Shown: positions 1-12,367 of the stretch, piece by piece | Numbering within the stretch: position 1 is the stretch's first letter | Layout: each line of letters begins with the position of its first letter | DNA from: Eledone cirrhosa | Taxonomy: Eukaryota | Reading direction: 5' to 3' | Assembly: GCA_964016885.1 (NCBI GenBank) | Contig: OZ024745.1 | Span: 48,298,001-48,362,000, forward strand | Length of the DNA stretch: 64,000 bases | Notes under the pieces: model-generated | What the model was told of the DNA's origin: nothing | Database searches by the model: none | The model's input: only the letters and a program-made list of their open reading frames with translations | Position numbers and translations under genes: made by a program

Positions 1-239
1 TAAATACTGTTGTACTTAGTCAAAAGAAATCCTTGTTATATTGGTCTCCATTCAACCATCTATAATCATTTACTTAGAGAAATCAATATTCTTGTGTATA
101 TAACTCTCATTATATAACTGTATACAAGTATATATGTAAAACATTAAGTGCATCTTCAAATCTTTATTGTTTTCCATATAATATATATGTGCATGTGTGT
201 ATATATGCATATATATGTTTGTGTGTGTGTGTGTGTATA

Positions 240-339
240 CAGGGTGTCCCAAAAAATGTATATACACTTTGATTACCTGTACAGGTAATATCTATTAGAA
301 TGCTGTTGAAGTGAGTATACATTTTTTGGGGACACCATG
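240..339. mobile_element. ~100-bp Tc1/mariner-type MITE
   Basis: TA|CAGGGTGTCCCAAAAAATGTATA ... TATACATTTTTTGGGGACACC terminal inverted repeats. Same family at 979, 2662 and 40128. Confidence 0.75.
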
Positions 340-612
340 TGTGTGTGTATATATATATATATATATAGTAATAAGTAGGAGAAAGTTCATTAAGTTTATT
401 CAGGTGTGACATGCGTTTTGCGATTGATCAGCTCAAGGTTTGATTTGTATTGGTTAGGCTTTGTGTCATTAGATTGGTATGTCCTTTAGGGAGGATGTGT
501 TGTGGAACCTCACCATGGTGTTCTAGGTAACAGCTTGACTTGAGTAGGAGCTTGTAGCTTAATGTATAGTAACCTTATGTTACTATACATTAAGATATAA
601 ATATATATATAT

Positions 613-813
613 AACAGTTTCTGATTTAGCCACAATTTTGGGGTGGAGAAAGTCAATTAAATCCACCCCAGTGCGTTACTGGTACTTTATTTTATCAACA
701 CCGTAAGGCAAAGCTAACCTCGGTGGGATTTGAACCCAGAACGTAAAGGGTCGCAACTCTATGCCATTAAGCATGTTGTCCGACACTCTACCAATACTGC
801 CAATCCACCGCCC
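613..813 (-). mobile_element. tRNA-derived SINE with Nin/Deu-like domain
   Basis: Minus strand reads GGGCGGTGGATTGGCAGTATTGGTAGAG...GGTTCAAATCCC (A/B boxes), then CTTTGCC...GATAAAATAAAGTACCAG. About ten copies in the window. Confidence 0.8.
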
Positions 814-935
814 TTAATATATATTTAATAATAAGGAAAGGATTTAGGTCAATAACCTGTGATTTCGATCTCATTTACAATTTGCTCAACAAAGTCATTT
901 GGAGCGTATGCCTAGGAGTAATTGTACTATTTGTA

Positions 936-978
<43 letters not shown>

Positions 979-981
<3 letters not shown>

Positions 982-1078
982 GGTGTCCCAAAAAATGTAT
1001 ACACATTTCAACAGCATTCTAATAAATATTGCCTGTACAGGTAATCAAAGTGTGTATACATTTTGGGGGGACTCCTCG
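979..1078. mobile_element. Tc1/mariner-type MITE (inverted copy at 2662-2761)
   Basis: Same TIRs as the element at 240-339, set in TA-rich flanks. Confidence 0.75.
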
Positions 1079-1237
1079 TATAAATATATATATATCAATA
1101 TATGTGATCTGATTAAATATAAACTAACATTTCCAGATCCAATGAATAAAAGGTTTTTTTTTTCTTTTTTAACATATTTAATTATTTCAGTATTTAAGTA
1201 TAGTATATTTTTATGATTCAGTGAACGAGATACAGGT

Positions 1238-2135
1238 TGTGGTTACATGCCACATTGCTACTGAATGGACCATGTGGTTACATGCCACATTGCTACTGAA
1301 TGGACCATGTGGTTACATGTCAGATTGCTACTGAATGGACCATGAGGTTACATGCCACATTGCTACTGAATGGACCATGTGGTTACATGCCACATTGCTA
1401 CTGAATGGACCATGTGGTTACATGCCACATTGCTACTGAATGGACCATGTTGTTACATGCCAGATTTCTACTGAATGGACCATGTGGTTACATGCCACAT
1501 TGCTACTGAATGAACCATGTGGTTACATGTCAGATTGCTACTGAATGGACCATGTGGTTACATGCCACATTGCTACTGAATGGACCATGTGGTTACATAC
1601 CACATTGCTACTGAATGGACCTTGTGGTTACATGCCACATTGCTACTGAATGGACCATGTGGTTACATGCCACATTGCTACTGAATGGACCATGTGGTTA
1701 CATGCCAGATTGCTACTGAATAGACCATGTGGTTACATGCCACATTGCTACTGAATGGACCATGTGGTTACACGCCAGATTGCTACCGAATGGACCATGT
1801 GGTTACATACCAGATTGCTACTGAATGGACCATGTGGTTACATACCAGATTGCTACTGAATGGACCATGTGGTTACATGCCACATTGCTACTGAATGGAC
1901 CATGTGGTTACATGCCACATTGCTACTGAATGGACCATGTGGTTACATACCAGATTGCTACTGAATGGACCATGTGGTTACATGCCAGATTGCTACTGAA
2001 TGGACCATGTGGTTACATGCCACATTGCTACTGAATGGACCATGTGGTTACATACCACATTGCTACTGAATGGACCATGTGGTTACATGCCACATTGCTA
2101 CTGAATGGACCATGTGGTTACATACCAGATTGCTA
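1238..2135 (+). repeat. 35-bp tandem minisatellite, ~25 copies (plus ~5.5 inverted copies at 2298-2500)
   Basis: Unit GGTTACATGCCACATTGCTACTGAATGGACCATGT repeated head-to-tail with no spacers. Confidence 0.97.
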
Positions 2136-2169
2136 CAATGGGTTTTTTTTCTTTTTAGTTTTTAGACAG

Positions 2170-2222
2170 GGAATCCAATGCTCATGACCCTTTTAATGGC
2201 TTCTGTAACTGGTGGTAGGAAG
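2170..2222 (+). CDS. Candidate internal exon of an unidentified host gene
   Basis: Polypyrimidine tract and ...tttttagacag| acceptor, AAG|gtat donor, open frame (x)NPMLMTLLMASVTGGRK. Ends in phase 0, compatible with the candidate exon at 4147. Confidence 0.28.
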
Positions 2223-2758
2223 GTATATTCAAACTGGAGACCTCGTCTGAATACTTACAACAGACTGAATTCTGCGAAAGACACCTAAGAACCAGGTGGT
2301 AGCAATCTGGTATGTAACCACATGGTCCATTCAGTAGCAATGTGGCATGTAACCACATGGTCCATTCAGTAGCAATGTGGCATGTAACCTCATGGTCCAT
2401 TCAGTAGCAATCTGGTATGTAACCACAACATGGTCCATTCAGTAGCAATGTGACATGTAACCACATGGTCCATTCAGTAGCAATGTGGCATGTAACCACA
2501 ACCTGTATCTCGTTCACTGAATCATAAAAATATACTATACTTAAATACTGAAATAATTAAATATGTTAAAAAAGAAAAAAAAAACCTTTTATTCATTGGA
2601 TCTGGAAATGTTAGTTTATATTTAATCAGATCACATATATTGATATATATATATATTTATACGAGGAGTCCCCCCAAAATGTATACACACTTTGATTACC
2701 TGTACAGGCAATATTTATTAGAATGCTGTTGAAATGTGTATACATTTTTTGGGACACC

Positions 2759-2816
<58 letters not shown>

Positions 2817-3825
2817 TACAAATAGTACAATTACTCCTAGGCATACGCTCCAAATGACTTTGTTGAGCAAATTGTAAATGAGATCGAAATCACAGGTTAT
2901 TGACCTAAATCCTTTCCTTATTATTAAATATATATTAAGGGCGGTGGATTGGCAGTATTGGTAGAGTGTCGGACAACATGCTTAATGGCATAGAGTTGCG
3001 ACCCTTTACGTTCTGGGTTCAAATCCCACCGAGGTTAGCTTTGCCTTACGGTGTTGATAAACTGGGTGGTGACAGATTAAATATTCTACCCAAAGCAGCC
3101 ACTATAAAATTTGAACTCAGAATGCAAAGAGTTTTATGTGTTTATGACATATATGTGGGGTTCATAGGGGTAATATGAGGTTGGGAAGAGGTGAAAAGGT
3201 ATGTGAGAAAGAGCACTGCACCAGCACTGTGCTGGTACTATCTTTATCAATCCTCAAATGCAGAGACCTGTAACAAACATTAAAGTATTTACTCTAATCA
3301 ACCACCAACCTCCTTGATTAAATAATAGATAAATAAATAGTTGCCTAGTTGAAAATACATGTCTAAAGATGTTCCACATTAAGTAAACAAACACAGTGTA
3401 GTGAGGAGAGTGAGTGAAAGATCTTCAGAAGTGATTCATTGTGCAAGTGGATAGAATCTTGTGCTGGAAACCAAAAATGGTGGCCAGTTTCTATAGATTT
3501 ACAGAACTTCCTAGATTAATGATGTGTATGTTTTGAAAGATGTGTTTGTGTGTATGTTGCATGTATATATATGTGTGTGTGTGTATGTGTTTGTGTCTGT
3601 GTGTGTGTTTGCCTCTGTCTCTTCTCTTTGTATCTGATATTGCTAACACAAGCAGTTATATTTGTTTATGTCCTGCATAAAGAGAAGTTTTTCAGCTCAA
3701 CAGTTAGACGTGTAAAGCTATATGACCTAATTAAAAAGGGAGGGTTGGTATCAGAAAGGGCATGTAGACATAGAATCCTGCCTCAAAAGGTTTTGTTTTA
3801 CCTGTGCCAGCATGGAAAAATGAAT

Positions 3826-3858
<33 letters not shown>

Positions 3859-4146
3859 GCATAATGTCAGGAAGAGCATTTGGTCAAAAAACACATTCAA
3901 CCCGTACCAGCATGGAAGAGCAGACATAAAAACAATAATGATGGCCAGAATAATTTTATTGCATCATTAACACTTATGTGTTTGTTTTGCTAAACTTGGG
4001 GGTTCTCTCAGATCCATAAAAGTCTATTTTATTACACCTCTTTCATTCTTAGAATGCTTTCACTGACTGCAAAGCCAGCCACAGTTTTACAAATGTTTAT
4101 GTTAGATTAACGATTAACCTTGAATGTTTACGTTCATACCTGAAAG

Positions 4147-4248
4147 GTTACAAGTGTAACTGGAATGGATAAACTTGGAAGAGAGAGATTAACACTTGCT
4201 CAAGGAGACATTCTTGCCATACGTGATGAAGAAGGGGAAAATGCCTGA
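4147..4248 (+). CDS. Candidate terminal coding exon (VTSVTGMDKLGRERLTLAQGDILAIRDEEGENA*)
   Basis: Non-repetitive, protein-like frame after an AG, followed by AT-rich UTR-like sequence with AATAAA. The acceptor is weak and the product is not recognised. Confidence 0.3.
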   Translation, partial: VTSVTGMDKLGRERLTLAQGDILAIRDEEGENA

Positions 4249-5169
4249 CCTTGGAGTCAAGTTTATCAATTCCTGAATTTTACAGAAAAAAACTAAAGAA
4301 AGAAAATAAAAAGAATTGGAAAGATATTAAAAAACAGAAAGCGTAAAACATAGGAGAAAGAAATCTGAGAAGACATGATTTGTAGTAGGCGTGTGATTGA
4401 ATAGGAAGCAAAGCAACTTCTGTTAGACAGGTTTATTCCAGCAGAGTAGAATTGGCATTAGATTTAAGAGAGAATGAAAGAAGAAAAAAATGTAGACAAA
4501 AATATATAAGAACTCATTAAAAGCCTACCTTGTTCTTAGAAGTTGTTTAGAATTTTTTTTTTTTTTACGATAAAGGTGATAAAAAAAATTGCTTAAAAAA
4601 TAGACAATATTAGACATTTATTTTACTCAGTAGTAAAATTTATTATTAAAAAAAATGTAAAAGAAAATTTTCTTGTTTTATTTTTATAAACTGTTGTAAC
4701 TTAATACAGTAACATATTGAATCATATCCCATACATCATAGTTTACAAAAATATACTATTATTAACATTTCAACAGATTTATGATCATCATCTAATAGTC
4801 ACCACCAGGTTTTGGTGCTTGATGGTAGGAGGGGGGTTGTCTTTGGAACATTCAGGGTAGTCTATCTATTTCACAATAATTCTAAGATGGAACTTTGTTA
4901 TAAGCATATTAACATAAATTTTTCTAAATTTGAGGGTGTACCATTGAAAAATAGGTGGGGGGGGGGGGCAGTGACTTCCTGTGCCACCCCTATCATCCTG
5001 GCAACCAGCCTGAGTATCTACAGTTTGATAATTTTTTATAAATAGGAAAATATAGATTTTTAAAAAAGAAGAAAAATGATTATACAAATATATAAATTAA
5101 TGTAAAGATAAGATTTTTAAAAATGCCAATAAAATTGAGAAATATGGTTATTAGGTTTTCAGAATTCTT

Positions 5170-5372
5170 TTAACCCTTTAGCATTTAAATTGGCAGTATC
5201 TGGCAAGAATTCTCTCACCTCTTTCTGTTCAAACTGGCTGTAACTGGCCATTCAAACTTATATTAATGTATTGTTCTCAAAATAAATAATATCAAAATCT
5301 CATAGATTCGATATTATGTGAGGTAAAGACTTTACTCTATATTTACTATTGTATTTTCACAGTAATGTAAAA
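5170..5372 (+). mobile_element. piggyBac-like MITE, partial
   Basis: Starts TTAA-CCCTTTAGCATT; body matches the full copies at 56691 and 63703. Confidence 0.7.
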
Positions 5373-5607
5373 CTTGTGCTGTCTCTATGAGACAAAACAC
5401 ATTTCAAAGGGCTCCTTTTTTAATTAAATCCTTGCAACATAATTTTTATCATCATCATCGTTTAACATCCATCTTTCACATTAGGTTATAAATGCCACTG
5501 TAATGAAACAATAATTTCAGTAAATCCTTCCAAATATTTCATTAATTCAAATATGACATATTTAATTAGAAATATAGTATTGAAAGGGTTAGTGAGCAAA
5601 GAGTGTG

Positions 5608-5785
5608 TAGTATAGGCACAAGGCCAGTAATTTGGAGGGTGGGGAAAGTCAATTAAATTGACCCCATAAGGATGAAAGGCAAAGTTAACCTTGGTAGAAT
5701 TTGAACTCAGACGGTAAAGGGCCGTAACTCTATGCTGCAAAGCATGGTGTCCAACGCTCTACCAATACTGCCAATCCACCGCCCT
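5608..5785 (-). mobile_element. Nin/Deu-domain tRNA-SINE
   Basis: Matches the family at 613-813. Confidence 0.8.
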
Positions 5786-5796
5786 AATAAAAAGAA

Positions 5797-6090
5797 GAAA
5801 AGGGAGGGGGCTGCTCACTCAATCATGTACCACAACAAGGGGTGCTGGAGTCTCCCTCTAATAAATTTTAGGTAAGCCAACTCTCTCTCAGAATTGGTGC
5901 GGGTGATAGCATGGGCATCACATGTTATTTCAGTAAGGTGAGTCACCAACAATGACAAGAACTTTGTTGCCAGTGGCCCAACTTCCCCAAACATCTCAAA
6001 CAACACAGCCTGGAAAAAAATAGTTTGCTGATAATTCCTGGATTTAAAAATGTCATTCCATTCAGTTATGGAAGCAGTGACCATCACCTT
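5797..6090 (-). mobile_element. Degenerate CRE-clade LINE 3' fragment
   Basis: Translation (FEMFGEVGPLATKFLSLL) resembles the RLE C-terminus at 42128-42688. Confidence 0.45.
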
Positions 6091-6427
6091 TAACAAGAAC
6101 TAAGAAATGAATAAATTCGTAGTTTGTACTAAATTCTACTAAATTCGTAGATTGTACTAAATTCAGGTACAGCTATGGCTGTATGGTTAAGATCTCTTCA
6201 CAAACATATGCTTTTAGGTTTAATCCTACTACAAGGCACCTTGAGCAAGTGTCTTCTACTATAGACTTGAACTGATCAATGCTTTTTGAATGTTTTTGGT
6301 AGAAGGAAACTATGAGGAAGCCCATCATGTGTGTGTGGGTGAAAAAAGTAAAGGGAAACAACAGAGCAAACAACACAGTACAAGGAATAAATATATTAGT
6401 TTAATGCTTGAGATAGTGGGAAAGAAG

Positions 6428-6463
6428 TCTTTATGTGTCGGACACTAGTCTTTCATCAGAAGA
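6428..6463 (-). ncRNA. Degenerate minimal type I hammerhead ribozyme (PLE pLTR-like)
   Basis: TCTT-CTGATGA-AAGAC TAGT GTCC-GACAC-ATA-AAGA. Stem I TCTT/AAGA is intact, but GAAA is mutated to GACA. Confidence 0.55.
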
Positions 6464-6667
6464 TAGAATGAGAAATAGTTTTTTGAGAAAAAGCACTTGT
6501 GTATTCAGTCAACCATATATATGTATATATGTGTGTTGTATTGAAGTGAATAACTATGTGTATACTCTGGGAGTGTATTTTACATTACATATTGAGTACG
6601 CTGAGATGCAACCGGTCCTAGCATTGATACCTATGCTGGGTTCATCAACTTATTATATATATATATG

Positions 6668-7208
6668 GAGGCACATGGCTTAGTGGTTAGAGCATTGGCC
6701 TTGCAATCGAAAGGTTCAATTCTCAGACTGGGTGATGTGTTGTTTCCTTGAGCAAGACACTTTATTTCACATTGCTCCAGTTTACTCAGCTGTAAAAATG
6801 AGATGATAGGAACTGGGATCCCTATCATTCCACTGTAAAGTGGTCGTGGAGGTGCCACGGCAAAAAAGCACCCAGCACTCACTGTAAATGAGGTTGGTGT
6901 TAGGAAGGGCATCTAGCTGTAGAAATCAAGCCAGAATCAGTTCTCGTCCCACCCTTGCAAGCAGGGAAAAGCGGATGTAAAATGAAAAATGAAAAAATAT
7001 GGTCATGTAGGCACCATGGTAAAAAAGCACCCAGTACTCACTGTAAATGAGGTTGGTGTTAGGAAGGGCATCCAGCTGTAGAAATCAAACCAAAATCAGT
7101 TCCCGTATGAACAAGACAAGGTCACCCAACCCGGCATTGCCCACAACAGGACAACCGTCTAACCCATGCTAGCATGGAAGAATAGACATAAAACGGCGAT
7201 GATGATGA

Positions 7209-7212
<4 letters not shown>
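6668..7212 (+). mobile_element. tRNA-derived SINE with RTE-LINE-derived 3' tail (tail duplicated)
   Basis: TGGCTTAGTGGTTAGAG head, CCTTGAGCAAGACACTT core, tail GTTGGTGTTAGGAAGGGCATC shared with the RTE 3' UTR near 57160-57230, (GAT)n end. Confidence 0.85.
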
Positions 7213-7245
<33 letters not shown>

Positions 7246-7317
7246 CACACACACATAAAATATGTGTATGCATCAGACATAGAAAACTACTTCAAAAGAA
7301 TTTTGCCCAACCCATGG

Positions 7318-7465
7318 ATGATGATGGTGATGATGATGGTAATGGTGTTGGTGATGAAGGTGATGGCAGTGGTGTTGATGATGATGATGTTGATGAAAGA
7401 AGAGGATGATGATGATTACAATGATAACAAGAATGATGACAACAAAAATCCTAATGATGATGATC
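7318..7465 (+). repeat. Imperfect (GAT)n trinucleotide repeat
   Basis: Direct inspection. Confidence 0.85.
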
Positions 7466-8051
7466 TTTGTAATAACTTGCAGACAAAAACAAAAAAGAAA
7501 TGATAAACTTCCAACAAAATATATTAATTAGCTTGCTCTAAACAAAGAAGCAATCCAAAGATTGTCCATATCTTAGAAGGAATTGTTCTGTCTGCAAATG
7601 TAATTTTCTCCAAGCATACTTAGAAAGCTATAAGCAGCTTAACAGCTGTGTACTGGTTTATCTATAAGGAACCCAACAGTGATGCGGACTCATTTTTGTG
7701 ACTGTTTCAAATTTGAGTGGATTAAGCTATTACCACCACTTCTGTTCTCCTAAAAGTACATTCCTTCTTTCTATCAAAATCATATGTATATATGTGTGTG
7801 TATGTGTATGCATATATATATATATGTCTATATTATTTCAGAAAGCCAGACACCAGAACAACAAACAGAGTAAGCTTTCATGTATAATCTGTCTACTCTC
7901 TCTCTTCTCATTAAATAGAAAAATATGACATGTGAAAACTATAACACTGACTTGACATGAAAAAATGTGGGAACAGTCTACTTCTTCTAATTTACATATC
8001 AAGTTACCTATATTACAACAGTAATGTAAGTGGATATGTTATGTCACATTT

Positions 8052-8460
8052 TGTGGATGGGTTACATCACAAATGTGGACGGATTACGTCATAACTGTGG
8101 ATGTGCTACACCATAACTTTGGATGGATTACATGATACCTGTGGGTGGGTTGCGCCATAATTGTGGATGGGTTATGTCATAGCTGTGGGTGGGTTGCGCC
8201 ATAATTGTGGATGGGTTATGTCATAGCTGTGGGTGGGTTGCGCCATAATTGTGGGTGGGTTATGTCATAGCTGTGGGTGGTTTGCGCCATAATTGTGGGT
8301 GGGTTATGTCATAGCTGTGGGTGGGTTGCAGCATAACTGTGGGTGGGTTACATCACAACTGTGGATGTGTTACATCATATCTGTGGATGTGTTACGTCAC
8401 ATTTGTGGGTGGGTTACGTCACATCTGTGGATGGGTTACATCACATCTGTGGATGTCTTA
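8052..8460 (+). repeat. 22-bp minisatellite with alternating A/B variants (44-bp higher-order unit in the centre)
   Basis: TGTGGGTGGGTTGCGCCATAAT alternates with TGTGGRTGGGTTATGTCATAGC. Confidence 0.9.
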
Positions 8461-8520
8461 CACCTGTTGATTGAGTTAGTCATTTTAAGGCCATTTTATT
8501 TCATCAGTGTATAAACTAGA

Positions 8521-8702
8521 AATAATTGTTTCTACTTTAGGAACAAGGCCAGCAATTACCCAGTGCATTACTGGTACTTTATTTTATCGACCCCGTAAGG
8601 ATGAAAGGCAAAGTCAACCTCGGCGGGATTTGAACTCAGATCGTAAAGGGACGTAACTATGCTGGAAAGCATGGCGTCTGACCCTCTACTGATACTGCCA
8701 AC
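8521..8702 (-). mobile_element. Nin/Deu-domain tRNA-SINE, young subfamily
   Basis: Nearly identical to the copies at 47355-47527 and 53888-54045. Confidence 0.85.
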
Positions 8703-8740
8703 TAGAAATAATATTCATAATATAGATAGATAGATAGATA

Positions 8741-9041
8741 TCTTTCTTTATTTGCCACAGGGGCATACAAAAATGGGACATTACAAGACGTGACGGTGCG
8801 GGTTTTACATAAAATCTTTAACAATGATAAATAACAATAAACTATATAAAAATAAAACAATTGAAATTCCCATGGGGGGGGGGGGTAATGCCACTGCGGG
8901 TTTTTTTTACACCCCGTGGAGCGCACAACCTTCAACACCAGGAACACGTTTTGTAGGTGTTCCCGTCTTCCCTCTGTTTATCTTCCTCAACCTCAGGTTT
9001 ATATACAGAGAAGGCCCATTCACCCGGGCTATTTTCGCCAC
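8741..9041 (-). mobile_element. Short 5'-truncated L1/Tx1-like LINE 3' end in (GATA)n
   Basis: Peptide VAKIARVNGPSLYINL, then a UTR with AATAAA on the minus strand. ATAGATAGATA on both flanks. Clade assignment is tentative. Confidence 0.4.
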
Positions 9042-9051
9042 ATAGATAGAT

Positions 9052-9895
9052 AAGGTCTGAGAGTAAAGTGCTAGTGAGTAGGAAAGAAGATATGACTCTG
9101 ATCTCATCAGGGAAGTGACCCTGCTTCATATGTAGAAAAGGAGGAGGCATAAACTCCAATGTAAATCTTGGGTACACAAGAGATGTAGTGGAATAATGGG
9201 TAGACTAACAAGAAAGGAAGACTTTGTATGTAGAAGATGCACAGGAGTAATCGAGGGGAAGAGCAGCATTAATATAAACCTCTTCAAGTCAAGAGAAGGG
9301 TCCATAGAAGTGGTTGGTAGCTTTTGTTGTCTAAGTGACATAACCAGCTGTGGAGGAGGGTGCTCTGGGAGCATAATAGCTAGAATAAGGATAGGATGGA
9401 AGAAGTTTAGAGAGCTACTCTCACGGTTGACAACAAAAGGTTTCTCCCTACATACAATATAATGCCTGTGTGAGAAGTGGAATGCTGCATGGTAGTGAAA
9501 CATGGGCAGTGGCTGCAGAGGACATGTATAGACTGGAGAGAAATGAAGCAGCCATGCTTAGTTGAATGTGCAATGTAAATGTGAGAGAAAGGCTGCGCTT
9601 GGATGAAGCTGGGTTTAAGAGGAATCCGAGGTGGTGTGCTGGAGAGAAGACTGTATTGGTATGGACATGTGATGTGCATGGATGTGATTGATAGGTGAAG
9701 AAGTGCAAGGAAATGCCATTTGAAGGAAGCCATAGGAGAGGTAGACTGAGAAAGACCTGAGCAGAGGTTGTGAGAGCTGACATCAAATCACTGAGACTCA
9801 CAAAGAAGATGACGAAGAAATGCAGTGAGTTGAAAGATGCTGTGCTGAGAATGACCCATCCAAGCATGGAAAAACAGACGTAAAAACAATGATGA
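9052..9895 (+). pseudogene. Old RTE LINE 3' fragment (PHD region to C-terminus) with stops and frameshifts
   Basis: [13 protein letters not shown] and MLHGSETWA align with the ORF at 57336-59408. Confidence 0.9.
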
Positions 9896-9965
9896 TAGAC
9901 TGACAGACGGACATAGTGATTATACACACACACACACATATACATACATACATATATATATAATA

Positions 9966-10294
9966 TATATAAGATCAAAAGATGGTTAAAAGAGTTCCAT
10001 GTATTTTATTATGCGCATTTCAAAAACAAATATCATCATGCAATAATATTTGTGTTTTCATCAGATAAAATAGGAATACATGATATGAAGGTTAAAAAAC
10101 ACTTGTGAATAGTGCAATTTTGAATCAACATATGAAAAGTAGTTTTAGATTGATGTGTGATATTGGGAAAAAAATATCATGTCTTCCTATTTTATCTGAT
10201 GAACACACAAATATTATTGCATGATGATATTTGTTTTTGAAATGCGCATAATAAAATACATGGAACTCTTTTAACCATCTTTTGACCTTATATA
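9966..10294. mobile_element. Foldback MITE, ~120-bp TIRs around an ~87-bp spacer, in TA context
   Basis: 9966-10086 is the reverse complement of 10174-10294 with a few mismatches. Confidence 0.8.
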
Positions 10295-10405
10295 TTATGT
10301 ATACTCCAGTCCTACAAACTGTAGAGTGCTTCTTATCCGATATCTGCATTGCTTTATTGTACTACAATAAAACTCACCTCCTACATTATGTATATATATA
10401 TATAT

Positions 10406-10745
10406 ATGGCTTAGTAGTTAGAGCATTGACCTTGCAATCGAAAGGTTGTGAGTTCAATTCTCAGATTGGGTGATGTGTTGTTTCCTTGAGCAAGATACTT
10501 TATTTCACATTGCTTCAGTTTACTCAGCTGTAGAAATGAGATGATAGGGACTGGGGTCCATATCATTCCACTGCAAAGTGGTCGTGGAGGTGCCACGACA
10601 AAAAAGCACCCAGCACTCACTGTGAATGAGGTTGGTGTTAGGAAGGGCATGCAGCTGTAGAAATCAAGCCAGAATCAGTTCCTGTCCCACCCTTGCAAGT
10701 AGGGAAAAAGTGGACGTAAAATGAAATGATGATGATGAATGATGA
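10406..10745 (+). mobile_element. tRNA-derived SINE with RTE-type tail
   Basis: Same family as 6668 and 30718. Confidence 0.88.
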
Positions 10746-10757
10746 TATATATATATA

Positions 10758-12290
10758 ATACTAACACCTCCACTCCACCCCTCATCTGACCACCCTTCCC
10801 CAACTAACATACTAACATCCCTTCCCTCCCCTCTTCTCCTCCTCCCCCCTCCTTATCACACGCACACACCCACCGGCACATATATACACGCGCTCACACT
10901 AAACACACACCCTACTACCACCACTAACCCTCACCCCCACACCTCTAACCCCCACACCTCCATCCCACCACCCCGCAACTAACCTCACTAACACCCCCTA
11001 ACCCCAAGCACACGAACACACGCACCCACCCCACACGCAACTAACATCACTAACACCCCCAACCCCACGCACACGTACCCACACACCCTCGTACACCACC
11101 AACTCTACACACCCTACCACCACTAACCCCCACTCACACCTGCATTCAACCCCTCCCCACCTCCCGTATACTAACACCCACTAACACCTCTTCATCAAAC
11201 TACACACACACCAGTACACCACACTCCCTCCATAGAACCACACACACCCTTCTCTCCCCACTCCACCCACACCCTCGCTCCACACTCACTCATCCCACTA
11301 ACACCCCTACTAATACACACACACACACACACACACCCTCCTCACTCCAACTTTCACACCTACCCATCCTCTCCCCCTACCATTCCACTGACTGCTGCTG
11401 TGCCCTCTGGCCACCTCCCAGCACCAACAGACCACAGCACTCCCACTGCTGACCACTTCCTGTTGCGCGCGCACCCCACATCTCTCCTCTTCCGACCACC
11501 ACTTCATGGATTACCCACACGCAGAATTTGACTTACAAACAATCTACTAACATCCTTGGAACTTACCAACTTTTCAACCATCCTCTTGCGTAATCACCTA
11601 TATAACTCACCCGCACACACACCCCTAAACATTTTTTTTCTCCACACGCCACCCACACCCACAACACGCTTAAACCCCACACACACGTGCTTCCCACCAC
11701 ATATTTACTCCCTCAGCCTCCTGATTCCTCTCCCCCCCACCCCCCTATCCACACACGCACAGACACTCCGACCCACCACACACACCCCTTCCTGAACATG
11801 CAACCCCGTTTTTCCCCCAACCCTTACTTTCACATACACACACACACACACACACACGCACACCTACACACACACACCACCTTCAGCCCTCCCCGCTCGG
11901 ACACCCCGTCTCCCTCTCCCCACTCCACCCGCCACCATCCCTACTCACCCCCCACCCTTCCACCACCTGTTTACACCCCTTTTAATTTCAGTTTATTTTG
12001 ATCATGCCTTTATTTTTAAATTTTCTCATTCCTTGTATTTTGATCATGCTTTATTTTTATTTTTTATCTTTATTTGTTTTTTTTCATTCGCACCGTTTCC
12101 TTTCGCTATATGTCTCTCCACCACTCCCCTACACACCTTTTGAACTCTGTTCCCACACACTTCTCACCTGAGGAAGGGCTTATGCCCGAAACGTCGTCCC
12201 CCACTTACCCCCCACTCTCCTGAGCGTGAAATTAACAAACATTTATTGTACTGCCTCTCTGTTTTGTCCCTGTTCAAAAAAAAATTTTCC
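10758..12290 (+). mobile_element. C/A-rich degenerate Penelope-like element ending in an HHR-bearing pLTR
   Basis: 1.2 kb of C/A-skewed low-complexity sequence, then a T-rich UTR, the HHR at 12166 and a PLE-like tail. Confidence 0.5.
12166..12197 (+). ncRNA. Minimal type I hammerhead ribozyme
   Basis: AC-CTGAGGA-AGGGC TTAT GCCC-GAAAC-GTC|GT. Intact core, GGGC/GCCC stem II, palindromic ACGT stem III of the dimer-dependent PLE type. Stem I is only 2 bp. Confidence 0.8.

Positions 12291-12367
<77 letters not shown>

Larger units (their letters stand above)
691..3061. repeat. Large near-perfect inverted duplication (arms ~691-1440 and ~2298-3061)
   Basis: 2298-3061 is the reverse complement of 691 onward, including the SINE piece, (TA)n, MITE and satellite units. 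The ORF track shows the same peptide at 899(+) and 2853(-). Confidence 0.92.

Noticed and set aside
400-445. Additional hammerhead-like remnant on the minus strand (...TGAGCTGATCAATCGCAAAACGCATGTC)
   Set aside because: Both core halves are mutated; too degenerate to call.
1238-2135. 35-bp repeat array of CRISPR-like length
   Set aside because: Units are contiguous with no unique spacers, there are no cas genes, and the context is eukaryotic. It is a minisatellite.
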